From contig CAZSWP010000036.1 of the NCBI GenBank assembly GCA_964610875.1, positions 1 through 37,074 of the forward strand: DNA of 37,074 nt, read 5' to 3'. Below the pieces are notes generated by a model. It was given only the letters and a program-made list of their open reading frames with translations. It was not told the DNA's origin and made no database searches. Positions 1-9,766 of the stretch are shown in pieces. Source of the DNA: an uncultured archaeon (GTDB taxonomy: Archaea > Asgardarchaeota > Thorarchaeia > Thorarchaeales > Thorarchaeaceae). Made by a program: the position numbers and the translations under genes. Numbering within the stretch: position 1 is the stretch's first letter; every line of letters begins with the position of its first letter.

Positions 1-112
1 TCCAGTACTTCTCCAGGTGTACTCTTCTCCCAAAGGGATTGAAGAGGATGATCCACCCTGACAGTATGATAATCCCGATGACGCCTAATGCAATCAGTTG
101 CTTCCGTTCCAT
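1..112 (-). CDS. Partial ORF running off the window edge; N-terminal membrane-anchor/signal protein
   Basis: Own translation from ATG at 112: MERKQLIALGVIGIIILSGWIILFNPFGRRVHLEKYW..., i.e. basic N-terminus plus a hydrophobic helix, open to position 1. Not in the ORF track. Confidence 0.6.
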   Translation of the reverse strand, partial: MERKQLIALGVIGIIILSGWIILFNPFGRRVHLEKYW

Positions 113-167
113 TTCTCTCAGTCCTTCATTTGTTCTCAGTCTTATAACTCACACTTTTTTTTGGTGA

Positions 168-188
168 GGGAGAGGGGGTTCCTCTCCC
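168..188. terminator. 8-bp GC-rich hairpin (possible terminator or stabiliser)
   Basis: gggagagg (168-175) pairs with cctctccc (181-188), just past the stop at 197 of the minus-strand ORF. Confidence 0.4.
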
Positions 189-196
189 ATAATACA

Positions 197-475
197 CTAG
201 GCATAAGCCCACACACTGTTCGAAGCCATCACTGGCATGCGCATCATGACGATAGAGAACTGTAATGCCAGTGCTCCAGTGGTCAGTGCAGTACGTATCT
301 TGTAGTAGCTTGGCTTGGGTTGCACTCCTGACTCTATCATGTCTATACCACGCTTGTTCCACCTGTTCATGATTCCCTGTAGTATTATGGATGCTGTCAC
401 TGCCATCATAAAGGTGCTCGCCCCGCCAAAGGGTTGAGCTGCCTGATTCATGCTCATCATGTTGTCGAAGGCCAT
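197..475 (-). CDS. Small Met-rich hypothetical membrane protein (about 92 aa)
   Basis: C-terminal part of track ORF 197..607. Start moved to MAFDNMM (475) to avoid overlap with the roadblock gene. Two hydrophobic segments and a downstream hairpin. Confidence 0.5.
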   Translation of the reverse strand: MAFDNMMSMNQAAQPFGGASTFMMAVTASIILQGIMNRWNKRGIDMIESGVQPKPSYYKIRTALTTGALALQFSIVMMRMPVMASNSVWAYA

Positions 476-553
476 CTCAAATACATATACACAAGCCTTA
501 TGTTCTGTTTTTTTCACCCTATCAAAGTAGTAATCTTCTAAACGTCCAAGGAT

Positions 554-871
554 GTGCCTCAGATGCCTGCAATGCCTAAACGAGAAATCTTTGAAAGAAT
601 CATCCAAAACATCACAAGTAAATTTCCAGACGTCTACGCAGCACTTTTTATCAGTCCGGAAGGATTTCCCATCAATACTTGGGGTGTATCCTTAGAGCGG
701 GCCGAAGAAATTTCTGCACTACTTAGTGCGTTGATAGGCAAAACGAAAGAAGTAATCTCTCAAGTTGAAGAGGGTGGAGAGATGCAATTTATCCAAATTC
801 AGACAAACAAAGGTGGTATACGCATAGCTCCACAAGAAGAGTTCATTCTTGTTACCTTAACTAAGATGTAG
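554..871 (+). CDS. Roadblock/LC7 (MglB-like) domain protein
   Basis: About 100 aa with the pattern helix - AALFISPEGFPI - helix (AEEISALLSALI) - QFIQIQTNKGGIRIAP - FILVTLT. True start may be 563 or 572. Confidence 0.8.
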   Translation: MPQMPAMPKREIFERIIQNITSKFPDVYAALFISPEGFPINTWGVSLERAEEISALLSALIGKTKEVISQVEEGGEMQFIQIQTNKGGIRIAPQEEFILVTLTKM

Positions 872-1048
872 CTTTTCTAAATCATTGTTGGTCTATAGAT
901 TACGGAACAGAAACCAAATTACACCTGGATATTTAAGGAGTTACAGCTCGGAAAGTCAGCTAGTGCTATTTTTATACCCTCCATACTGACTAGAAAGTGG
1001 CAGGATGCAGAGGTATAAACCCTTAATGCATCAAGGGAGGTCATCAAG

Positions 1049-2077
1049 ATGTCACCGAAGAAAGATGAAAACGATGAAGATATTGATTACGAAGAATTCG
1101 AGGGAGATGAAGAAGACTCCTCCGATGATGAAGATGTAGAAGCTCTAGAAGTTACTGATTTACCAGGTGTAGGACCTGCCATTGGAAAACGCTTGGTGGA
1201 AGCTGGTTACAAAAGTGTTGAAGCCATTGCTGTCGCATCTCCCGGTGAGCTTGCTGCAGCAGGATCAATTGGCGAAGCTACAGCTACAAAGATAATAAAA
1301 GCCGCCCGAGAGATGCTTGATATTGGTTTTGAAACAGCCGACCTTCTACTCGAGCGTAGAGCTACCGCAGGAAGAATCACAACGGGTTCAAAAGCTCTTG
1401 ACGAGCTTTTCGGTGGTGGTCTTGAAACACAGAGCATGACAGAGATGTACGGGTCATTCCGCTCAGGAAAGACTCAGATGGCTCATCAGCTCGCGGTTAA
1501 TATTCAGCTGCCCCCAGAGCAAGGTGGTTTGGAAGCGACCGCAATCTATGTTGATACCGAGGGCACATTTCGTCCAGAACGTCTTGTACATATGGCTGAA
1601 GCTCTAGAACTTGACACAGCGAAAGTTTTGAAGAATGTTGTTTGGGCGCGAGCTTACAACTCAGATCATCAGATTCTGTTATGTGACCAAGCCATGGAGA
1701 TGGCTCCTGAGAAGAATGCGAAATTACTCATTGTCGATTCTATAACCAGTCATTTTAGAGCAGAATATACTGGTCGTGGAACCCTTGCTGCACGACAACA
1801 GAAACTCAACAAGCACCTCCATCATTTGCAGAGAGGTTCTGAGATTAACAATATGGCTGTATATATCACAAACCAAGTCATGTCTCGACCTGATGCATTC
1901 TTTGGAGACCCCACTGCTCCCGTAGGTGGTCACGTACTTGCACATGTCCCACAGACACGATGCTATCTCAGGAAATCCAAAGGTGAGCGTAGGATCTGCA
2001 GACTGGTAGACTCTCCAAATCTACCAGAAGGAGAAGCTGTCTTTACTATTCTCAAAGAAGGTATTAGAGACGTATAG
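1049..2077 (+). CDS. radA: DNA repair and recombination protein RadA
   Basis: HhH N-domain (LPGVGPA), Walker [22 protein letters not shown], Walker [28 protein letters not shown]; SD ggaggt upstream. Confidence 0.98.
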   Translation: MSPKKDENDEDIDYEEFEGDEEDSSDDEDVEALEVTDLPGVGPAIGKRLVEAGYKSVEAIAVASPGELAAAGSIGEATATKIIKAAREMLDIGFETADLLLERRATAGRITTGSKALDELFGGGLETQSMTEMYGSFRSGKTQMAHQLAVNIQLPPEQGGLEATAIYVDTEGTFRPERLVHMAEALELDTAKVLKNVVWARAYNSDHQILLCDQAMEMAPEKNAKLLIVDSITSHFRAEYTGRGTLAARQQKLNKHLHHLQRGSEINNMAVYITNQVMSRPDAFFGDPTAPVGGHVLAHVPQTRCYLRKSKGERRICRLVDSPNLPEGEAVFTILKEGIRDV

Positions 2078-2094
2078 GATATATTGGTGTTTGG

Positions 2095-2112
2095 GGTGGT
2101 TATAATACCACC
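2095..2112. terminator. Hairpin between convergent radA and GGR
   Basis: ggtggt-tataat-accacc inverted repeat in the 44-bp convergent gap. Confidence 0.45.
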
Positions 2113-2121
2113 TTCCTATTT

Positions 2122-3474
2122 TTAGTTGAAAACAGCTGCATCGATTACATCCTGTACTGAATTCTTCCATTGGTATAACCTTGATGGAATAGAGGGATAT
2201 TCAGCGTAAAGTCGATCTATCTTTTTCATCAAACTTGCTGCTTTCTGTATCTTTCTCAATAGCCCTAGATTTCGTATTCCGCGTTGAACTCTTTGTATTT
2301 TCTCGAAGATGCTCATCGAGAATCCATCTCCTCTATTTGCAGCCATTAGGTCTCCAGCTTCAAGAATCTGTTTCTCAAATCCAAAGTTCATATCTTGATC
2401 TTTAACATCAGTGAGAAAGCGCTTGAAAATCTCTAATGAAGCCAAACGTCTACCAAAATTCGAAAGAAATCTTGTGTTATAATGCCAAAGACCTTTAGCT
2501 GTGAGGTCTCTTCTAGCTATTGCTTCTTTTGCTACCTCTCCTAGAACTATTCCAGCTCGCATTCCAGCACCAATTCCACCACCATGGATGGGGTTAACCA
2601 TATAGGCCGCATCCCCAACGAAGGCGACTCCATCAGATACAAGACTCCAGATGGGTCTCCGAACTGGGACTGCTCCACCACCAGCTTCTATTACTTTGCA
2701 ACCATAAAGCAAAGGGTATTCATCTTTGAATTTCTCAAAGAGCCTCTTAGGAGACCCTCGTCCTTCTCCTCCTGTAATACCTATCCCCGCGTTTACTTCT
2801 TGAATACCTTTGGGAAAAATCCAAGCATAACCTTGAGGTGCATATTTTCCTCCGAGAAATACACGTGCAACTTCTGGTTCTGCAAGAGGAACCTTGAGTT
2901 TAACAATCTCTCTGTAACACAGAGCGATATCACTCTTATCAATATCTTTCTCAATATACGGTGATTCTAGCTTGTTTCTAATCACTGCTGCAAATCCACT
3001 TGCATCCACAACTATCTTGCAGTAGATTTCGTGCTTTTCCTTATCTTCGCCCACGGTATAATAAAGACCTATTACTTGATCTTCTCTGAGAATAGGTGAA
3101 CCAACTCGTGTATTTGGTTTAAATAGGACTCCTGCTGCTATCGCTTCTTGTAACATTCGTTTTCCAAACGCAGGGCGATCAACTGTCCACCCATCAAACT
3201 CTTGCCAGCCTCTGACTTTAAGCTCGTTTATCATATTAGGTGGATATACATCCGCGCCTGCTATTGCGCTTGATACTTCATCATCTTTTGGAAAATCAAT
3301 ACCCGTTGCTTTAAAGTGTGACCTACTGATTTCGTCTCCGCATACTTTTTTTCCGATATCATCTTCAGATTTTTTATCCATTAATACGGTACGGAGTCCC
3401 ATTTCTGCACATCTTCTAGCTGTAACACAACCAGCAGTGCCAGCACCTACGATAACAACATCTGCGCGTCTCAA
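2122..3474 (-). CDS. Geranylgeranyl reductase family (digeranylgeranylglycerophospholipid reductase-like)
   Basis: GAGTAG FAD-binding motif, KVCGD, DASG, YAWIFP, GDAA...NPIHGGGI. Confidence 0.88.
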   Translation of the reverse strand: MRRADVVIVGAGTAGCVTARRCAEMGLRTVLMDKKSEDDIGKKVCGDEISRSHFKATGIDFPKDDEVSSAIAGADVYPPNMINELKVRGWQEFDGWTVDRPAFGKRMLQEAIAAGVLFKPNTRVGSPILREDQVIGLYYTVGEDKEKHEIYCKIVVDASGFAAVIRNKLESPYIEKDIDKSDIALCYREIVKLKVPLAEPEVARVFLGGKYAPQGYAWIFPKGIQEVNAGIGITGGEGRGSPKRLFEKFKDEYPLLYGCKVIEAGGGAVPVRRPIWSLVSDGVAFVGDAAYMVNPIHGGGIGAGMRAGIVLGEVAKEAIARRDLTAKGLWHYNTRFLSNFGRRLASLEIFKRFLTDVKDQDMNFGFEKQILEAGDLMAANRGDGFSMSIFEKIQRVQRGIRNLGLLRKIQKAASLMKKIDRLYAEYPSIPSRLYQWKNSVQDVIDAAVFN

Positions 3475-3588
3475 AGTCTATCGAGTTTTAAAAACAACTC
3501 CAAGATATAAGCTCTCAGTTATCTCAGCGTATTTTGAGTTAAGGACAATGGTTATCAACAAACATCAAAGCTCAAAAATTGATTCAAG

Positions 3589-4878
3589 ATGCAGAATCTA
3601 GTAGTTGTCGGTCTTCAATGGGGTGACGAAGGTAAAGGTAAACTTGTGGATTATCTCTCGGAACAATTTGACATAGTGGTCAGGTTCCAGGGAGGTAGTA
3701 ATGCAGGACATACGGTCAAAGTCGGTGATGATGTATTCAAATTACGGATAATGCCAACAGGTGCCATTCGTGGAAAGAAAGCTGTAATTGGAAACGGTGT
3801 TGTGGTTGATCCCAAGGTGCTTCTTGAAGAGATTGAGTCTTTAAAGGGATCTGGAATTGCTGTTGACCTTTTGATAAGTGATCGCGCCCATGTAATAACA
3901 CCATTCCAAATATATGAGGATAAACTTCAAGAAACAGCTCGTGCTAATGATAAAATATCTACTACAAAACGCGGCATAGGACCTACTTATTCAGACAAGA
4001 TATCAAGAGTAGGTCTTAGAATCTGTGATTTCATTTCAGAAGACGGTGAAGAAAAATGGGGGGATTTTAGTGAACACTTTAGACAGAAACTATCTTCTCT
4101 CTACGGAAAAGATGCTTCTGAATTTGAAACATATGATATTCTTAGGAAGATGAAAAGTCTCTCATCATATGTTGCAGATTGTGGGGATTACTTAAATTCA
4201 ATGATGAGTAAAGGTGAAAGAATTCTTTTTGAAGGAGCTCAAGGAACCCTTCTAGATATAGATCACGGGACATATCCTTATGTGACCAGCTCAAATTGCA
4301 TTTCAGCGGCTGCAGCTACTGGGTCTGGTATTGCTCCATCTATGATAGGTGATGTATTGGGGATTACAAAGGCATACATGACTCGTGTTGGTTCGGGTCC
4401 TTTTCCAACAGAACTTGTTGATGAATACGGAAAGGCATTGCAAGAACGGGGAAACGAATTTGGGACAGTGACTGAGCGACCAAGAAGATGTGGTTGGTTG
4501 GATCTCGTTGCGTTACGATACGCTGTAAGATTGAATGGAGTGAAGTATCTGGCTGTGACAAAAGCTGATGTCCTCTCTAATTTCGAAACCATTAAAGTAT
4601 GTACTAGCTATTCGATAAATGGCTGTGTGTCAACAACATATCCTGCAGGAGAATCAGAATTTTCCGAGTTACAACCTGTCTATGAAGAATTTGAGTCTTG
4701 GAGTAGTGAGAATATTCTGGAATTAATGTCAGGCTTCGATGGAAATTTTGAATCCCTACCTAAACCCTTGTTCAATTATATTGATGCAATACAGAAATTC
4801 ACTGGTGTAGAGGTTTCTATGATCTCGATAGGTCCTGAACGTTCTGCTACATTGGTTAGACAAGACTTTCAACCTTAG
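3589..4878 (+). CDS. purA: Adenylosuccinate synthetase (long form)
   Basis: GLQWGDEGKGK, GGSNAGHT, TKRGIGPTY, EGAQGTLLDIDHGTYPYVTSS, GTVTERPRRCGWLD. Confidence 0.98.
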   Translation: MQNLVVVGLQWGDEGKGKLVDYLSEQFDIVVRFQGGSNAGHTVKVGDDVFKLRIMPTGAIRGKKAVIGNGVVVDPKVLLEEIESLKGSGIAVDLLISDRAHVITPFQIYEDKLQETARANDKISTTKRGIGPTYSDKISRVGLRICDFISEDGEEKWGDFSEHFRQKLSSLYGKDASEFETYDILRKMKSLSSYVADCGDYLNSMMSKGERILFEGAQGTLLDIDHGTYPYVTSSNCISAAAATGSGIAPSMIGDVLGITKAYMTRVGSGPFPTELVDEYGKALQERGNEFGTVTERPRRCGWLDLVALRYAVRLNGVKYLAVTKADVLSNFETIKVCTSYSINGCVSTTYPAGESEFSELQPVYEEFESWSSENILELMSGFDGNFESLPKPLFNYIDAIQKFTGVEVSMISIGPERSATLVRQDFQP

Positions 4879-5411
4879 AGATGTTTGAACTCCACTGCTA
4901 CAATAGATAGGATAATCGTTCCAACGATTATAGCTATTGTAATAGGCATCCAATTCAGAAAGAGTTCGAAATATGTCAGTATTGTACTCGGACCAATTGG
5001 ATTTATAATGATGATTGCATAGATTAAGAGAAAACCATAGATTGCAAAGATTGGATAAAGAATTGGTCCGCCAGTAATTACAAGCAGAATTATTATGACA
5101 GCTAGTTTGCTTTTTGTCGGATCTAATATAGGTATAGGAATCACTTCATCATCATCAATCTGGAAATAATAGCTAATGAGAAAAGAAGGCATTCTAATGT
5201 GAATTAATTGTAGGATTTGTATTCCTAGTTGAATCGACAATAACATGAATGTATGAACTAACATGTATCCAAGTACAAATGTATTTAGAAATGGGAGATC
5301 ACCTGTAAAGAGTTGAAAACTCTCTATTATTCCGACTAATACTAAGAAATCAATGCATAGCAAAGCGACATGCCCAAATGCCCCTTGAAGTATTTTTCTT
5401 CGCTCTGGCAT
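4875..5411 (-). CDS. Hypothetical multi-pass membrane protein
   Basis: About 4-5 hydrophobic helices and one polar loop (YYFQIDDDEVIPIPILDPTKSK); 32 bp downstream of the GTPase on the same strand. Confidence 0.8.
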   Translation of the reverse strand: MPERRKILQGAFGHVALLCIDFLVLVGIIESFQLFTGDLPFLNTFVLGYMLVHTFMLLSIQLGIQILQLIHIRMPSFLISYYFQIDDDEVIPIPILDPTKSKLAVIIILLVITGGPILYPIFAIYGFLLIYAIIIINPIGPSTILTYFELFLNWMPITIAIIVGTIILSIVAVEFKHL

Positions 5412-5443
5412 GTTACTCCCCTTATTGAATATGCTTGCCCTTC

Positions 5444-6034
5444 TTAAACTGTTTTATGTGTGTCTGGTCCAGCAGCCATACTTCCCAATGCGCCTAGTTC
5501 TCGTTGCTTATCAATTGAGCGAACTACCAGATCGGTGAACATATCGTTGATGTTCTCTCCTGTTTTTGCACTTGTTTCATAGTGACGAACATCTAGCCAC
5601 TTATAGATCATCTCGCCTGCTTCAACAGGCACTAATCGATCAGCTCTATCAATTTTATTAGCTACCACTGCCACAACAGCATTTGGACAAACAGTGACAA
5701 ACTTCGTGTACCATTCGCCAATATCAAGAAAAGTCTGTGGTCTTGTGACGTCATACACGATTATGGCCATAGAGGCACCAGCCATGTATCTCCTTCGAAG
5801 CTCGTTATATGTTGGTTGACCTGCAAGGTCCCAAAGAACAACACGTGCCTTCACATTGGATTTATCGGGAGTGTCCACCTCGACTGTCTTTAATGCAAAA
5901 GTTGTACCGATTGTCATTATGTAACGGTCGCTGAAACTTCCCTCTGTATATCTGCGGATACATGAGGTCTTGCCGACAGCTCCATCACCCAGTGCAACGA
6001 GCTTGAACATGTGGGAGATGTTATCTGCGGTCAA
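5444..6034 (-). CDS. Rab-like small GTPase (Ras superfamily), paralog 1
   Basis: G1 GDGAVGKT, G2 TIG, G3 WDLAGQ, G4 NKID, G5 SAK; RabF5-like IVYDVT. Confidence 0.95.
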   Translation of the reverse strand: MTADNISHMFKLVALGDGAVGKTSCIRRYTEGSFSDRYIMTIGTTFALKTVEVDTPDKSNVKARVVLWDLAGQPTYNELRRRYMAGASMAIIVYDVTRPQTFLDIGEWYTKFVTVCPNAVVAVVANKIDRADRLVPVEAGEMIYKWLDVRHYETSAKTGENINDMFTDLVVRSIDKQRELGALGSMAAGPDTHKTV

Positions 6035-6231
6035 CGTGGCTACTTCCTATCCAAATCCATTAGTAAATCATTACTTTCTACTTTAAATGATTCTGGGAAT
6101 TCCATTATTAGATATATCCTGCATGTGTCTATTTCGACTTTTTTCCTTTGAAACGCCTAATAACTCATCAGGTAAACGCTTTTGTATTGTTTTCTAGATT
6201 AGGACTACATAAGTTTAATCCGGTGAAAATC

Positions 6232-6915
6232 ATGGCAGAGGAATTCGTAAATCGACTCAATAAAATCGATAAAAATATCGAATATCTAGGTGAAACACTG
6301 AAACGTATGATTACTATTCTTGCAACAGTCACGGAAGTCAAGAGCGATGTGCGCCAAGCTAAAGAAGAGATACTTGAAGCTTTAAAGGACCTCCCATCAT
6401 CCATACCAAAACCTGAAGCAGCACTAGCGGAGCCTACAATTTCAGTAGAAGATATCTCTGCAATTATCAAGGCTGAGATGACATCTTTCATGGAATTTGT
6501 CGATGAGAGCATCGAGTCAATGAAGAGTGAACTAGATGAAGCAATCTCGAAAATTCCTGCAAGTATTCCTACTGCCGTTTCAGCTGCAGCTCCTGTTAGC
6601 GGGGCCGCTGAAACCCCTGTACCAGTAATGGCATCCTCACTATCTCCTGATAGAGCTATGAAGGTTGCAGATCATCTGGAAGCAATTTTGGCATCCCTAA
6701 AAATGGGGTGTGTTGCTGGGGACGTCATCGATACTATGACTGAAGCCAAATCTGAGATAATGAAACTCGTTCCTTCTGACCAAATAATGGTCAAAATTGA
6801 CAAATGGGCTGGAGTGGTTAATACCTACAATCTAAGACATGAACTTCAAGCACGAGACATTTTGAAACTCAAAAAGGAAATCAAAGCTGAGATACCCTCC
6901 TACAGGCCAGCTTAA
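6232..6915 (+). CDS. Helical protein with a putative Vps28-CTD-like C-terminal domain
   Basis: Start moved to MAEEF (6232, SD ggtga). N-terminal coiled-coil segments, Ala/Pro linkers, and a C-terminal 4-helix pattern resembling the Vps28 CTD. CDS is secure; the family call is inference. Confidence 0.6.
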   Translation: MAEEFVNRLNKIDKNIEYLGETLKRMITILATVTEVKSDVRQAKEEILEALKDLPSSIPKPEAALAEPTISVEDISAIIKAEMTSFMEFVDESIESMKSELDEAISKIPASIPTAVSAAAPVSGAAETPVPVMASSLSPDRAMKVADHLEAILASLKMGCVAGDVIDTMTEAKSEIMKLVPSDQIMVKIDKWAGVVNTYNLRHELQARDILKLKKEIKAEIPSYRPA

Positions 6916-7319
6916 TCATCAATACTGAGAATCTCCGCAAGCTGTTTAACATTTGCTAAGACTCTAATAACATCAGATGTTGCCACAAGACCTATGATTT
7001 CCTCCTCGTCTAATACTGGAACATGATGTTTTCCAGTCCTATTCATCAAGCCTACTAGTTGGCCTAGGTCTGCATTCGCGCTTATGCTTACAACCGGTGA
7101 CTGCATAACTTCCTCCAAAGTCAAAGAGTGATAGATTTCATCTGACAATAATTGAGCAGATATTAGATCCGACCGTGTGACCATACCGACGAGCACATCG
7201 TTCTTCGTCACAACAACGCTTCCTATACTCTCTGCGGCCATGAGTTTTGCTGCATCAACTACTAATGTGGTATGCTCAGCAGTCACTATCATTTTGGTCA
7301 TGAAGTCTCGTACCATCAT
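6912..7319 (-). CDS. CBS-domain pair protein
   Basis: VRDFMT...IGSVVV...LVGMVTRSD and EEVMQSPVVSI...HHVPVL...IIGLVATSD. Confidence 0.93.
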   Translation of the reverse strand: MMVRDFMTKMIVTAEHTTLVVDAAKLMAAESIGSVVVTKNDVLVGMVTRSDLISAQLLSDEIYHSLTLEEVMQSPVVSISANADLGQLVGLMNRTGKHHVPVLDEEEIIGLVATSDVIRVLANVKQLAEILSIDD

Positions 7320-7359
7320 TTTCTTATGCGCTCCTTATTTTTTGAATTTGATAAATGTA

Positions 7360-7968
7360 TCACATTGTAGACTTCTTTGAAGCCTCCAACTGATTCTTAA
7401 GAATCGTTTCAGCAACTTTCTGAAATACATCGTCGACGCGTGCTCCAGTCTTTGCAGATGTTTCATAGTATGCTGCTTGAAACCAGTCACGAAGCATAAG
7501 TCCTGGTTCTACAGGCACCATTCGTTGATCTTTGAGGTCAACCTTGTTTGCAGCTATCACTGCTATTGAATCAGGACAGGCCTCTCTAAAGGATTCATAC
7601 CAGTTATTCATAGCCATAAATGTTTCAGGACGAGTCACATCAAATACAATTATTGCTCCAGAAGCACCTTTCATGTACTGCCTTCTTAATTCTCGATAAG
7701 TTGCTTGACCTCCCATATCCCAGCAAACTAGGCGTACCTTCCGTTTTGTTCCGTCGTCATCTTCAACTTCTACATCTTTTGATGAAAATGTTGTACCAAT
7801 TGTCTGTTTGTATTCCTCATCAAAAACATTCTCTGTGTATCTTCTAAGGAGTGCTGTTTTTCCAACCGCAGCTTCTCCAAGTAATACCACGCGGAATTTA
7901 AAACCATCAAATGAACCATCTTTTGATTCATCAGGTGGGTTACTACCTGGGACGCCGTTCTTGCTCAT
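7360..7968 (-). CDS. Rab-like small GTPase, paralog 2
   Basis: G1 GEAAVGKT, G2 TIG, G3 WDMGGQ, G4 NKVD, G5 SAK; YMKGA and IVFDVT. Confidence 0.95.
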   Translation of the reverse strand: MSKNGVPGSNPPDESKDGSFDGFKFRVVLLGEAAVGKTALLRRYTENVFDEEYKQTIGTTFSSKDVEVEDDDGTKRKVRLVCWDMGGQATYRELRRQYMKGASGAIIVFDVTRPETFMAMNNWYESFREACPDSIAVIAANKVDLKDQRMVPVEPGLMLRDWFQAAYYETSAKTGARVDDVFQKVAETILKNQLEASKKSTM

Positions 7969-8095
7969 TCTCCAACTACCTCTAATGACCGAGTTCTTTT
8001 TCCCTCTCTACATTTTCTTATATCTTTTCTGAGAGAGCATTATCTGTAAAATGGGTAAGATTCCCCTACTTATTATGATTTGTGAGGGGAATCGC

Positions 8096-9760
8096 CTACC
8101 ATTTTCCATCTCTCAGCAGCATTAATTCAAACGCCACCACTGGTTTTTCTATCTCGAAATTTGATAATACTTCTGGGGATATCTCACCAAAACGACCAAC
8201 TCTTTTGCCTTTTACAATTATATCTGCACATCTACCATCCATGAAACTGGCATCAGATACCGCTTCAAATGAAAATTCATCTGCAAGGTCCAAATTCCTT
8301 AGGAGAAATCCTATATGGCTCATCAACTCGGTGATATTTACTGTGACATCGGTGTAGAGTCCACTCACGTAAGGTATCTGTTGACTTCTTGTTTCGGCAT
8401 TCTTGTCTGGTTTAACGACGTCGCCGACTTCGAATATCAAATGGGGATAGTCTACATGTTGGTTTTGGGATGTGAATGATAGTAGCACTGGAATGAGCGA
8501 GTTTCTTAATACTGAGTAATCTCTACTTTTTGGATTGCCAGTTTCTACTAATGGTTTGTTTTTCAGCATGAATGTATTCATAATATCAGGTGAAGACATT
8601 ATGTAACTCAGGACTTCCTGATAACCCATCCCTATCAACAGGTCGCGTGTCTTATTTTTCAGACGCGTTGCAGCAGTCAGTTTACCCGCAGTCATTGTTG
8701 ATGGCATTGTTGCTTCAATTCTATCAAAACCATATCCAATTGCTATATCTTCAATCACATCTACAGCATGAAGGATGTCAGTTCTATATGCTGGTATTTT
8801 GATGCTGAACTTTCCTTTTGATGTTATTTTAGCTTCATAACCCATCTTTTCAAGAGACTCAACGACTTCATCATCGCTCAATCCAAGTGCAGTCAGTTTT
8901 TCAATCTCTTTTGATGTGATTTTCATCTTTATTGGCTTTAGATTTGGTGTGTTGTAGACGCTACCATCAGGATACTTTACTTTCACAGATTGAATAGTTC
9001 CTCCTCGTTCAGCGAGAGAAGTGCACATAATATTCAGAGATTGCTCAACAGTTGGAAGATGAGTTCCAGTTACTTCCACAAATATGTTGCTAGTATGCTC
9101 TGTAACTCTACCTAAACTATTACTGTTGATAATAGGAGGTAAACTCAAGATTTGTCCGTCAGCATCTGATAGCAGTGGCCATTCTTTGAAATCAGAGATA
9201 ATTCCTCCAAATTCTATTCCTTTCTCATGTTTATTGAGAATCTCAATACCATCCATTTCACTTTCCGTGCCCAGCGGAATGAATTTGATCTTTGATGGAC
9301 TCTCGGTATGATATCTCACAGGATACTGAATATCATCGTGGACGTAAAGTCCAATACTTGCTTTCCTTCGATTCCTTCCATGTGTTGATGTCAAAGCTTC
9401 TTGAAGGTGCATATACTCTTTTATCAAGATGTCATCTACTGTTATCCCCAATACGATACCACATGCGATATATGGACGGATTTTTGTGAGTCCTGGTTTC
9501 ACAATGATATCATGACCTGATTTCTTGACATCAAATTTCTTCAGACCTTTTTCAATTCCTAGAAATGATTTTACTGCACGAGCAATTCCTTCTGCAGACA
9601 GCATATCCTGTCTATCGGGATTGATCTCAATTTCAATCTCATTTCCCTCAATCCTTTCAACTTCTGCTTTTAATAAGAACAAAGTATCTTCAAGTTTCTT
9701 TATACTCAACTTCTTGCCAATCAAATCCATCAACGAATCAACCAAACACTTGACTATCAT
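8096..9760 (-). CDS. pheT: Phenylalanine-tRNA ligase beta subunit (archaeal type)
   Basis: NPDRQDMLSAEGIAR, RPYIAC, LSLPPIINS, IPAYRTDILHAVDVIEDIAIGYG, FGEISP. Confidence 0.97.
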   Translation of the reverse strand: MIVKCLVDSLMDLIGKKLSIKKLEDTLFLLKAEVERIEGNEIEIEINPDRQDMLSAEGIARAVKSFLGIEKGLKKFDVKKSGHDIIVKPGLTKIRPYIACGIVLGITVDDILIKEYMHLQEALTSTHGRNRRKASIGLYVHDDIQYPVRYHTESPSKIKFIPLGTESEMDGIEILNKHEKGIEFGGIISDFKEWPLLSDADGQILSLPPIINSNSLGRVTEHTSNIFVEVTGTHLPTVEQSLNIMCTSLAERGGTIQSVKVKYPDGSVYNTPNLKPIKMKITSKEIEKLTALGLSDDEVVESLEKMGYEAKITSKGKFSIKIPAYRTDILHAVDVIEDIAIGYGFDRIEATMPSTMTAGKLTAATRLKNKTRDLLIGMGYQEVLSYIMSSPDIMNTFMLKNKPLVETGNPKSRDYSVLRNSLIPVLLSFTSQNQHVDYPHLIFEVGDVVKPDKNAETRSQQIPYVSGLYTDVTVNITELMSHIGFLLRNLDLADEFSFEAVSDASFMDGRCADIIVKGKRVGRFGEISPEVLSNFEIEKPVVAFELMLLRDGKW

Positions 9761-9766
9761 ATGTTG

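Noticed and set aside
1-550. Possible foreign or high-GC segment at the window start
   Set aside because: Spot GC counts are similar to radA; no att site, integrase or terminal repeats.
3589-4878. Long bacterial-type PurA as a horizontal-transfer signal
   Set aside because: Long-form PurA occurs in many archaea; not assessable without a phylogeny.
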